Positions 40,482 to 49,637 of a stretch of 64,000 bases of DNA are shown here, piece after piece. Under the pieces are notes generated by a model, which searched no databases, was not told the origin of the DNA, and saw nothing but the letters and a program-made list of their open reading frames with translations. Origin of the DNA: an uncultured Verrucomicrobiota bacterium (GTDB lineage: Bacteria > Verrucomicrobiota > Verrucomicrobiia > Limisphaerales > AAA164-E04); the NCBI GenBank assembly GCA_964342405.1, contig CAYFGX010000022.1, positions 12,411 to 76,410 of the forward strand, given 5' to 3'. A program made the translations under genes and the position numbers. Numbering within the stretch: position 1 is the stretch's first letter; every line of letters starts with the position of its first letter.

Positions 40482-40650
40482 ATGCGACAATTGGCCTAAG
40501 AACCCCAAGTGAGGATCGAAGGTTTCCCGCAAAGCGATCTGAGTCGGGCGGCCTTTGCTCGAAATTATTCTCTCAATGAGTCAACCTTAGGCCTTTGGCT
40601 TAAGCAAGGGCCCAGAGAACCCTCCGAGCTAGAGATTCAGGGATCTTAGA
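40482..40650 (+). pseudogene. IS66 TnpA-like HTH relic
   Basis: ..FPQSDLSRAAFARNYSLNESTLGLWLKQ with an upstream in-frame stop. Confidence 0.45.
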
Positions 40651-40878
40651 TCTGGATTCCTACAAGTGAGCCGTGCTTATCTGTTAGCTGGCCGCTGACC
40701 TATCAATTCTGACTTCCGGTTAGACCTTGCATGGGTGTGACACCTGGTTCGTGTCTAGTCGTTCCACGGTTCAGGGTCGAATACTACGTGCGCTTCCAGG
40801 ACACCGGTCGACGATTACACAGCGAGGGCAGGATTGGAGCGAATGACGAACTGCCGTCGCCCACCGCTACCCATCGAT

Positions 40879-41241
40879 TCAAAGTTCTTTTTCCCGAACG
40901 AGAAACGCCGACGACTTTGAGTGATCGATAAAACTACTTTCGTCCTTAAGGAGCGCGGCACTCAAATCCAGTCCGGCGGGAGAACTCATCGCCTCCATCA
41001 GATCCTCTTCCGACTCAAACCACACTTCCGCCACTCCATCGAACTCGGGCATCATGCCACGAGATTCCCGCAGCCTGGCATTCAAGGGAGTATCCAGCGT
41101 AAGGGATTGAACATACTTTTTCGCCCTCATGGTCTCGGCGTTCTTCATAAAGAACGGCCCATGTTTGTTTTCCCAATAGTCTTGAAACGCTTCACGCGAA
41201 AGATCGGGGTGCCGCGTGAGGCACATTACGAATTTTATCAT
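40879..41241 (-). CDS. EthD-family protein
   Basis: MIKFVMCLTRHPDLSREAFQDYW..H; FDGVAEVWF; DESSFID. Confidence 0.9.
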   Translation of the reverse strand: MIKFVMCLTRHPDLSREAFQDYWENKHGPFFMKNAETMRAKKYVQSLTLDTPLNARLRESRGMMPEFDGVAEVWFESEEDLMEAMSSPAGLDLSAALLKDESSFIDHSKSSAFLVREKEL

Positions 41242-41424
41242 CTGCTTTGTCTAACGTTGGCCCGGAGAGCGCTCGGTTCGAGGGGACCACTGATAATCCA
41301 ACTACTATGCTCCACTTTCAAGGTGATTCCGCGAGTCAAAGCTGCCTCACAGGGAGACGATCTGAAAGCATCTACAAATTGATGTAAGGATTCTTCGACA
41401 ATGCGGTACTAGTGGATGTAACGG

Positions 41425-41940
41425 ATGAAACGTGCCGAACAGAGACGAATCTTGCATTCCTGGTTAGACCAGCACCGAGGATTGATCTTCAAGGTGGTCC
41501 GGGCCTACACCCGAAATCCGCAAGACAGCGAAGATCTCTTCCAAGAGATCGCCGTTCAACTCTGGCAATCGATTCCGGCCTTCAAGGGTGCTTGCGCCGA
41601 AACGACGTGGATCTACCGGGTCGCGTTCTTTGTCGCATCCAAGTGGTCCCGCAAAGAGGGGCAACGCCGAGAATCACCTGAGGAGGATCCGACAGAAGGA
41701 CGCTTTCTCACTCCGCGTCAAGCGTCGGAGGATCCACGCGTGGCTTGGCTCTATGAACAAATCGGAAAACTCAAAGAGATTGATCGCTCCCTCCTCCTTC
41801 TCCAACTCGAGGGACATTCCTACGCGGAGATCGGCGATATTCTTGGTCTAAAAGAGAGCGCTGTAGGAGCACGCCTCAGCCGACTCAAACAGAGTCTTAC
41901 GAAGAACTACAGCAAGGAGAACCATCATGGACTACAATGA
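41425..41940 (+). CDS. ECF sigma factor
   Basis: EDLFQEIAVQLWQS, TWIYRVA and LEGHSYAEIGDILG..VGARLSRLK. Confidence 0.92.
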   Translation: MKRAEQRRILHSWLDQHRGLIFKVVRAYTRNPQDSEDLFQEIAVQLWQSIPAFKGACAETTWIYRVAFFVASKWSRKEGQRRESPEEDPTEGRFLTPRQASEDPRVAWLYEQIGKLKEIDRSLLLLQLEGHSYAEIGDILGLKESAVGARLSRLKQSLTKNYSKENHHGLQ

Positions 41941-42523
41941 CATTCAACTTATCTGGGACGAACAGAACGCCAAAACGCTCTACGCCTTCAACGAAGAAGC
42001 TTTTGAGGCAGAGGTCATTGAAAAGCACGAAAGCTTACGACGTCGCTTCAGCTTCTGCGAGCTGACCTTGGCCTTAATCTTCGGCTGCACCGGTGCATTG
42101 ACGATCTCGGAGCCCTTGCTTGAGAACACGGATCATTTCCAGTATTTCACTGGCAGTCTCTATTTGCTGGTTTCTGTTGCTATCGGAATACACTGGAAAC
42201 GCCGGCAATCTCTCGTCGAGTTTGATCGCTCTCTCGTCCAAATAGTCGACGGAATGATCGAGCAGATCGAATCCCACATCCGCTTTCTCAGCTGGGCATG
42301 GTTGTGGCTAGCGCTGCCTTACGCCATCGTAGTGGGCCTCGCTTTCATCCTGCACGGGGATGGCAAGCCAGCCTGGCTTTGGTTTCTTTCCTTGCTTGGA
42401 CTGCCGCTTTCCTTGTGGATGACGCTCCGCGATATTCCGCGCATCCATCGCCCCAAGATTGCAGAGCTCCATCACTTTAAGAAGACTCTTCTGGAGGCCG
42501 ATGAAAACGCCACCCAGCGATAA
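41927..42523 (+). CDS. Four-TM membrane protein, putative anti-sigma factor
   Basis: Overlaps the ECF gene; MDYNDIQLIW start; four hydrophobic segments; AAGGAG RBS. Confidence 0.7.
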   Translation: MDYNDIQLIWDEQNAKTLYAFNEEAFEAEVIEKHESLRRRFSFCELTLALIFGCTGALTISEPLLENTDHFQYFTGSLYLLVSVAIGIHWKRRQSLVEFDRSLVQIVDGMIEQIESHIRFLSWAWLWLALPYAIVVGLAFILHGDGKPAWLWFLSLLGLPLSLWMTLRDIPRIHRPKIAELHHFKKTLLEADENATQR

Positions 42524-42585
42524 CGAAGCTTTTCGTCACCAGCTTAACGCTTTGCCATTCTTGCCATTCGCGATAGCGTTACTGG

Positions 42586-44544
42586 ATGATTCTCTCACGT
42601 CGTAAGGCTTGGACTCGTGCTTTCCGTAGTCCAAGCACCGAGGTCTTTCATCATTTTTGCGTTCTTGCCCTGCTGAGTTGCCTCCAACTTCCCGTACAGG
42701 CTCAATCGCTTCTCAATGTGCCCTTGACCACGCGGGGCGAGGCTCCAACGTGGGCCCTGTATCAGCGCCACATCCTCAATCAACTCTATCCGGCCGCCCA
42801 GGCCCTCGTTGAAAAGTACACGCGAGAGGATGGCACACTGATCTGGCGAGACAGTTGGCCAGGGATGGATGGATCAGATGATGGCTATGAAAGCTTCTAC
42901 AATTTCCCGCTTCTCTACGTGCTTGGAGGTGCAGAGGAACTTGTTCCACTCTCCGAAAAACTCTGGGACGCTGTCACCCGGCAGTTCACGGGCTACGGTC
43001 AAATCTACAACGAATTCGACGAGCACTACGACTGGATGCACCATGGCGAATCCTATACATACTTCTATTTCTTCGGGCTCAGCAACCCGACTCAGGCCAC
43101 CCACCAGGCACGGGCTCGCCGCTTCGCGGGCTTGTATCTCGATGAGAATCCCGAGGCTCCCAACTATGATCCTGTCCGCCACCTCATTCGATCGCCCATC
43201 AATGGCAGTCGCGGTCCTCACTTCGAGAACACGGCAGAGGACTGGGTGACCCATCGCCCGATTCTTGCCAACTATCCCCTCCCCTTCGATAACATCCCGC
43301 ATATCCGGGGAAGTCTCGACTGGAACGACGACGCACGGTTTCCCCATATTCTGAAGGCGATCAACGACAAGATGATGCGTGGCGACGTTCCTCTGAATCT
43401 CACTGCCACCAGCTTAATCGCCAATGCTTTCATGTATAGCGGAGACCTGAAGTATCGCCAGTGGATCATCGATTACGTCAACGCCTGGCGCCGACGGGTC
43501 CAAGAAAACAACGGGATCCTTCCAGATAACGTCGGGCTTTCCGGAAAAGTAGGTGAACATATGGACGGCAATTGGTGGGGCGGATACTACGGGTGGAAGT
43601 GGCCTCACGGATTGTTCAACCAAGTCGAAGCGACGCTGATCGGAGCATCCAATGCCTATCTCGTCACTGGTGATGCTTCCTTTCTGGATCTAACTCGATC
43701 CGTGATCGACCTCGTTCGAGAAGAAGGTCACCAGGAGGGCGGGCGCTTCCTCGTGCCTCACCGCCACGGCCGTGACGGTTGGTATGATTTCCGTCCCTTC
43801 CCTCCCAAATACCTGGCCCACCTTTGGTACCTTTCCCGATCAGATAAAGATTGGGAAAGGCTGACGGCACTCGCCGACCCCGCATCGTGGAGAACGCTGC
43901 GCTACAGCAAAGGAAAAGGCGATTCCAACCATGCCGGCCCCTGGCTTATGTATGTGCGTGGAGAAAATTCGGACTATCCATTGGAAATCATGAAGGCTTG
44001 TTACGCCGAAACAACACGCCGTTTGGACAACATTCGAAACGACCAAACAGGCCCTGCCGACCAAGATGTGCATCACTGGCAAAAGCTCAATCCCGTCGTG
44101 TTGGAAGCCCTCGTCCAGCTCACTCTCGGAGCACCTAACCACATCTATCACGGAGGCCTCCTTCACACGAGTCTTCGGTATTTCGACCCGGAAGAAGCGA
44201 GGCCAGGACTCCCCTCGGACGTTGCGGCCCTCGTGGAACGTCTAACGCCAAACGGTGTCCGACTCCAACTTGTGAATCTCAACCCTGCCCAATCAAAGAA
44301 AGTCATTCTCCAAGCAGGCATGTTTGCCGAGCACGAATTCACCCAAGTTCGCCAGGTCGTCCACTATCCCTATCAATTCGATGAAATCGGCGCACGCCGC
44401 TTTCAAGTGACCCTCGAACCAGGCGCCGTGGGCCGCCTAGAAATTGACATGAAACGTTTCGCTCATGCACCAACCTACGCATTCCCGTGGCACCAAGATG
44501 GTGTGAGTAGAATGCCTCAATCCGGCCCCATACCGAATGACTGA
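42586..44544 (+). CDS. Conserved hypothetical protein, Trp/Tyr-rich, possibly an (alpha/alpha)-barrel carbohydrate enzyme
   Basis: 652-aa ORF; DGSDDGYESF, YDWMHHGE, ILPDNVG and WWGGYYGWKWPHG. Confidence 0.7.
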   Translation: MILSRRKAWTRAFRSPSTEVFHHFCVLALLSCLQLPVQAQSLLNVPLTTRGEAPTWALYQRHILNQLYPAAQALVEKYTREDGTLIWRDSWPGMDGSDDGYESFYNFPLLYVLGGAEELVPLSEKLWDAVTRQFTGYGQIYNEFDEHYDWMHHGESYTYFYFFGLSNPTQATHQARARRFAGLYLDENPEAPNYDPVRHLIRSPINGSRGPHFENTAEDWVTHRPILANYPLPFDNIPHIRGSLDWNDDARFPHILKAINDKMMRGDVPLNLTATSLIANAFMYSGDLKYRQWIIDYVNAWRRRVQENNGILPDNVGLSGKVGEHMDGNWWGGYYGWKWPHGLFNQVEATLIGASNAYLVTGDASFLDLTRSVIDLVREEGHQEGGRFLVPHRHGRDGWYDFRPFPPKYLAHLWYLSRSDKDWERLTALADPASWRTLRYSKGKGDSNHAGPWLMYVRGENSDYPLEIMKACYAETTRRLDNIRNDQTGPADQDVHHWQKLNPVVLEALVQLTLGAPNHIYHGGLLHTSLRYFDPEEARPGLPSDVAALVERLTPNGVRLQLVNLNPAQSKKVILQAGMFAEHEFTQVRQVVHYPYQFDEIGARRFQVTLEPGAVGRLEIDMKRFAHAPTYAFPWHQDGVSRMPQSGPIPND

Positions 44545-44590
44545 CCGGAAGCTCTTCAGGCTAGAACTCTCTCTCCCCCCAGCTCCAGAT

Positions 44591-45004
44591 TCACAATTCC
44601 TCAGCCACGGAGAGAACACGGCAAACAATCGCGACTTCGCCCGCCACTTTTGACATGAAGCGTTTCTCTGGTTGGATCAGAAAATGGCTCGTCACTGAGT
44701 GCCCCACCGACCGAAGCCCGCCCAAAGTCCTGCGATTCGACTCATACTCCATCTTTGCCGTGTGTTGTCCATCGGCTGCCCGCGTCACCGTCAACGACAG
44801 TTGTCGACCTTTCTGTTCAAAATCTTGAGATTGTCCCAAAATCAGTTCGATATCCCCTAGATCCCAAATTGGCATATCATCCGGAATGGACGCGAAGGTG
44901 GATCGAATCTCCCGCTCTGACGGGCTCTCTGCGAAATACCTCAAACCCACAACGACGAGGAGAATCAAGAGGACGGCTACCAAGACTCGCTGCCACTGAC
45001 TCAT
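44591..45004 (-). CDS. Hypothetical protein with N-terminal membrane anchor
   Basis: MSQWQRVLVAVLLILLVVVGL; start uncertain. Confidence 0.5.
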   Translation of the reverse strand: MSQWQRVLVAVLLILLVVVGLRYFAESPSEREIRSTFASIPDDMPIWDLGDIELILGQSQDFEQKGRQLSLTVTRAADGQHTAKMEYESNRRTLGGLRSVGHSVTSHFLIQPEKRFMSKVAGEVAIVCRVLSVAEEL

Positions 45005-45171
45005 CGCAGTATGATGAGGGCGGACGTCACGGAATCCAAGAGGATTCAAGCCCTGGCCAAGGCGACTGTGACGAAAGACGGTCACGTTGCCCCGACTCGC
45101 TCTTAGAGTCAACCAAGGTGCGGAACGATTACCGGTGAGGCAAGCTGACGCTTGCCCGGCTCATGAGGACC

Positions 45172-45329
45172 AGACCGTGTAAAAAGTCAGTTACTGAACA
45201 AACTACGTCCTCGCAATAGCTGAAACGGCGTTTCAGCACTCCAAAAAACGAGCCCGATATGGAGTGCGAGAGCGAAAGCTGTTGCTTTTTCACCGCTCAC
45301 GAATCACCTCGAGAGTTTTGACACAACCT
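45172..45329. mobile_element. MITE-like element: imperfect terminal IRs enclosing a family-A REP pair
   Basis: AGACCGTGTAAAAAGTC versus GAGTTTTGACACAACCT (12/17 inverted match); REP-like units at 45215-45245 and 45260-45288. Confidence 0.5.
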
Positions 45330-45365
45330 CGCACACTCGCCGCACCTTTTTTTCCTAAGGCACCT

Positions 45366-46199
45366 TTAATCCGTCCGCTGAAATTCTACGACCACTGGGT
45401 AGTGATCTGACCAAGCATCGAGATTCTCAGACAATAAAATGGAACCTGAACAGGATCGCTTCGCGAGCCCAGGGTCTGCGAAGACAAAATCGATTCGATA
45501 TCGCTTGGTCTTCAGCTCATCCCAGTCCTTGCTCCATCGAGGAATGGTGATTGGCGAAGGACAAGAAACCGTGGCACTCGGATCGTGTTTATGGACGATA
45601 TCCACAAAACCCTTCGCCTCGACTCGATCGGTAAAGGTGTAATCGATCTCTCGAGCCGTCGCGTGTTTCACGAGAAAGTCCTGATCGTTCCTCGAGCAAC
45701 CGTTAAAATCACCAAGAATCACAACCCGTTCTCCTCGACTTAAGAGGGGAGCGGCCTTCTCCAGAATCCAGTCGACCTCATGAAACTTGCCCGGCCAAAA
45801 ATGAACGACGAAGAAATGGATCTCGTGAGTCCGGACATGCAAGTAGCCGTGATGAAAGCCTTCCGATTGCCGCTCCAACACCTCGATGGGTTTCCGAGAC
45901 GTCAGACCAACCGGAAAACCCACTTCCTTGTGTGTCACCGCGAAACCGTGCCCCCAACGACTTGCCATCTTCAACAAGCCACGCTCAGAGATCCCATTGA
46001 GCTCCTGCAACGCAACGACGTCGGCCCCTTCCTCATTCAGCCAGGCCCCTGCTTCCTGGACGGACTGGCCATGATTGAATCCATAAAGCACGTTCCAGCA
46101 AATGACTTTGAGACCGGGGCTTTCAGCCTGCACAACCGCCACAGTCAGAAAACAAAAGCTCGAGAAGAGGAGCTTAGCAACTACAACAGGATGCTTCAT
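45366..46199 (-). CDS. Secreted endonuclease/exonuclease/phosphatase family protein
   Basis: CWNV, VALQE, LGDFN, RIDFVF and SDHYPV; signal peptide from MKHPVV. Confidence 0.9.
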   Translation of the reverse strand: MKHPVVVAKLLFSSFCFLTVAVVQAESPGLKVICWNVLYGFNHGQSVQEAGAWLNEEGADVVALQELNGISERGLLKMASRWGHGFAVTHKEVGFPVGLTSRKPIEVLERQSEGFHHGYLHVRTHEIHFFVVHFWPGKFHEVDWILEKAAPLLSRGERVVILGDFNGCSRNDQDFLVKHATAREIDYTFTDRVEAKGFVDIVHKHDPSATVSCPSPITIPRWSKDWDELKTKRYRIDFVFADPGLAKRSCSGSILLSENLDAWSDHYPVVVEFQRTD

Positions 46200-46366
46200 G
46201 AAACCTCGTTCGACGCTTCGATTCTGCGAGCTATTCGATTCTTCAGCAAGAAAATGAGAGTTGCTTTCAAGATCCCCAAGCGGCTTGACCCGAGGCTGTG
46301 CAAGGAATATGTCTAAGCAGGATGGCCAACGAATCGTCCAATCACGCCTCGGGTTCGGCACCAAGA

Positions 46367-48262
46367 ATGCGCACTCTCTATGCGTTGCTTGTCTATTGCG
46401 GCATCGGAGGCTCCATGGACCTCTTCGCAGCTGACCAAGCCAAGACAGGGATCGACTTCATCCAACACTACTGCGTCGAGTGCCATCAAGCCCCTAAGCC
46501 GAAAGCCAAACTCGATCTCAGTTCCTACCGCTCACTTGATCGTATCATCGAAGATTCTTTGGATTGGGACCAACACCTTGTGCGAGTGCGTGAGGGTGAC
46601 ATGCCCCCCGATGACGAGGACGTTCTCCAACCGAGTGATGAAGAACGCAACGATTTCGTTGCCTGGATGGAATCCAGCCTTCGTGAAGCTGCGTGTCTGG
46701 ACGGAATTACTCCGGGGCCAGCGATTATACGCCGCCTTAATCGCAGTGAATACTCCTCCTCCGTCCGTCATCTACTCGACATCCACTTCGATGCCGGTGA
46801 GGCCTTGCCCAGCGAAGGAGCGGGTGGAGAAGGCTTTGATAACGCTGCAGAAACCCTCTTTATCTCTCCCATTCACGCCGAAAAATATTTGGAGGCAGCC
46901 CGCACAGCCGTCGAATACGCCTTTGCTGACACGCGCTCCAACAAACGATTTCTAATCGCCCAACCTGACGATACAACCTCAGCCCAAGAGGCGGCTCAGA
47001 AGATCCTGAGCCAGTTCCTGCCCCGAGCATTCCGCCGTCCCGTCTCTGAAGAAGAAACTCAAGAATACCAAGAACTCTTCGAACAGGTCCTGGAACGAGA
47101 AGACTCCTTTGCCGTGGCCCTCAAGCTCACGCTTTCGGCCGTCCTCGTCTCTCCAAAATTCTTGTTCATTCTCGAACGGCCCAACGAGAGCCCAGAGCCG
47201 GTCCTCGTGACCGATCACGAGTTGGCCAGTCGTCTCTCATACTTTCTCTGGGGCTCGGCGCCGGACGACGAGCTTCTCGCGCTCGCAGCGAAAGGAGAAC
47301 TTCACAATGCCGACGTGCTCAAGGCCCAAGTCGAGCGCATGCTAGGTCGAAGCCATTCTCGAAAGGTGCGTAATTTCTCACAGGTCTTCATCGAACAATG
47401 GCTGGGCACACGCGCCCTCGGCCGAGAGTTCAAACCCGACAAATCCATTCGTGGCTACGACTCAGAGCTCGAAGGCGGAATGAAGTACGAACCCGTCTTT
47501 TTCTTCCATGAAGTCCTAACCAAGAACCGACCTCTCCTGGATCTGATCGATGCCGACTACACCTACGCGAACCGACGCCTAGCGCGACACTACGGCATCA
47601 AGGGTGAATTCCGCGAGCAACCCAAACGCGTAGAAATCGCCGATCAACCTCACCGCGGAGGATTACTCAACATGGCAGCGGTTCTCGCCATCTCATCTCA
47701 CCCTCAGCGAACCAGCCCGGTTCTGCGGGGTAAGTGGATCCTCGAAACCCTCATCGGCGAACCTCCCCCCCCGCCGCCGCCCAATGTACCCGAACTCGAA
47801 GAAGACAAAGAAACCGTTGCCGCGCAATCCCTCAGGGAACGCCTCGAGATTCATCGTGAAAACCCCACCTGCGCGAGTTGCCACGACCGCATTGATCCGC
47901 TGGGCTTCAGCCTTGAGAATTTCGATGTCCTCGGACGCTGGCGAGAGGAGGATGCCGGCCACGCCATTGATGCCAGCGCGACACTACCTGACGGCACGCG
48001 GTTCAATGGTCACGAAGAGCTCAAGCAACTGCTCCTGGATCGAAAAGAACAGATCGCGCGACACCTCACCAAAAAGATGCTCGGCTTCGCCCTGGCCCGT
48101 GGACTCACCTATGAAGACTATTGCACCGTCGAAAACATTGTTGCTGATCTAGCGAATCATGGTTACCAATCTCATAGGTTGCTGCTTGGGATCGTCAATA
48201 GCATTCCGTTTCGGTATAAATCCGGAACCGATCCAAGTGCAGGAATCTCTTCGACAAACTAG
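46367..48262 (+). CDS. DUF1592/1588-type cytochrome c domain protein
   Basis: CVECH, CASCH, RRLNRSEY, LSYFLWGSAPD and TSPVLRGKW. Confidence 0.9.
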   Translation: MRTLYALLVYCGIGGSMDLFAADQAKTGIDFIQHYCVECHQAPKPKAKLDLSSYRSLDRIIEDSLDWDQHLVRVREGDMPPDDEDVLQPSDEERNDFVAWMESSLREAACLDGITPGPAIIRRLNRSEYSSSVRHLLDIHFDAGEALPSEGAGGEGFDNAAETLFISPIHAEKYLEAARTAVEYAFADTRSNKRFLIAQPDDTTSAQEAAQKILSQFLPRAFRRPVSEEETQEYQELFEQVLEREDSFAVALKLTLSAVLVSPKFLFILERPNESPEPVLVTDHELASRLSYFLWGSAPDDELLALAAKGELHNADVLKAQVERMLGRSHSRKVRNFSQVFIEQWLGTRALGREFKPDKSIRGYDSELEGGMKYEPVFFFHEVLTKNRPLLDLIDADYTYANRRLARHYGIKGEFREQPKRVEIADQPHRGGLLNMAAVLAISSHPQRTSPVLRGKWILETLIGEPPPPPPPNVPELEEDKETVAAQSLRERLEIHRENPTCASCHDRIDPLGFSLENFDVLGRWREEDAGHAIDASATLPDGTRFNGHEELKQLLLDRKEQIARHLTKKMLGFALARGLTYEDYCTVENIVADLANHGYQSHRLLLGIVNSIPFRYKSGTDPSAGISSTN

Positions 48263-48288
48263 CGAGAGCCAAAAATCAAAGAACGATT

Positions 48289-49626
48289 GTGAGTAACAAA
48301 CAACTCAAACTATCTCGTCGACGCTTCCTTCACGGAACCGGGGCCGCACTCGCTCTTCCTTGGCTCGAAGCGATGTCGCAGGCTTCCAAATCGAATCCTG
48401 CTTCGCCTCCCAAGCGCCTCGGTGTTCTTTTTATGCCAAACGGTGTGCATGAAGATCACTGGACACCGACAGGCGAGGGCGAATCTTTCGAGCTCTCGAA
48501 GACCCTCTCTCCCCTTGAATCCCTGAAGGACCAAATCATTGTTCCAACCAACCTTTGGAACAAGGCGAGCAACTATGGGGACGGTCACTATGTCAAGACC
48601 TCGGGCTTCCTTACCTGTCAGACAATCAGCAAATCGCTGGGATACGATATCAACAGCAACGGCGTGTCGATGGATCAAATCGCCGCGAAAGCAATCGCGG
48701 GACAGACACCTCTTCCGTCGCTCGAACTCGCGATTAGCCCTGTCAGCATTGGCGTAGATACCAACGTAGGCTACACGCGCGTCTACGGTTCACACATTGC
48801 TTGGAGTCGACCAACCCGTCCGCTCGCCCGTGAAATCAACCCGAAACTAGTCTTCGAACGTTTATTCCGGGCCGCCTATCCCCAAGCCTCGAACAATCAA
48901 CACGACTCTCTTCTCCTCGATCGAGTGCTCGGCGATGCAAATGAACTGAAACGGACGCTCGGGCACGCTGACCGATCACGGGTCGACGACTATTTGGAGT
49001 CCGTAAGGGCCCTTGAAAAGCGTGTTGAACAAGCCAGTCAAGCATCGGGCAAGACATGGCAACCTGCCGTGGACATGGATCCGACCAACAAACCCGAAGG
49101 TATTCCGAACGAACATGCCGAGCACGTTCGATTGATGCTCGACATGATCGCACTGGCGTTCCAAACCGATACCACCCGAGTCTGCACCTTCATGTTCGGC
49201 AACGCGGTGAGCAACACCAACTTTTCATTCCTCGACGGGGTCAGTGGAGGCCATCACAGCCTCTCGCACCACGAGCGCAAAGAGGAGAACCTAACCCAGT
49301 ATCAGCTCATCGGGCAATGGCACGTGGAACAATACGCCTACCTGTTGAACAAGCTGAGGGCCATGCCAGAGGGCGATTCGAATGTATTGGACAATTCGAT
49401 GATTCTGTTCGGCTCCGGCCTGCGGGATGGTAACAAGCATAGCCCAAGGAACCTTCCTCTTGTCTTGGCTGGGAAAGCAGGGGGCCGACTGAAATCCGGC
49501 CAGCACATTACCTACGACCGCAACACCCCGCTTGCGAATCTCTACCGGGCCATGTTGAATGCATTTGATACACCCGTCGACACCTTCGCGGATAGTGACA
49601 TGGAACTACCGGGTGTCCTCAGCTAG
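48289..49626 (+). CDS. DUF1552 (HXXSHH) protein with Tat signal
   Basis: SRRRFLHG..LALPWLEAM; HHSLSHH. Confidence 0.92.
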   Translation: MSNKQLKLSRRRFLHGTGAALALPWLEAMSQASKSNPASPPKRLGVLFMPNGVHEDHWTPTGEGESFELSKTLSPLESLKDQIIVPTNLWNKASNYGDGHYVKTSGFLTCQTISKSLGYDINSNGVSMDQIAAKAIAGQTPLPSLELAISPVSIGVDTNVGYTRVYGSHIAWSRPTRPLAREINPKLVFERLFRAAYPQASNNQHDSLLLDRVLGDANELKRTLGHADRSRVDDYLESVRALEKRVEQASQASGKTWQPAVDMDPTNKPEGIPNEHAEHVRLMLDMIALAFQTDTTRVCTFMFGNAVSNTNFSFLDGVSGGHHSLSHHERKEENLTQYQLIGQWHVEQYAYLLNKLRAMPEGDSNVLDNSMILFGSGLRDGNKHSPRNLPLVLAGKAGGRLKSGQHITYDRNTPLANLYRAMLNAFDTPVDTFADSDMELPGVLS

Positions 49627-49637
49627 TACCAAACGTC

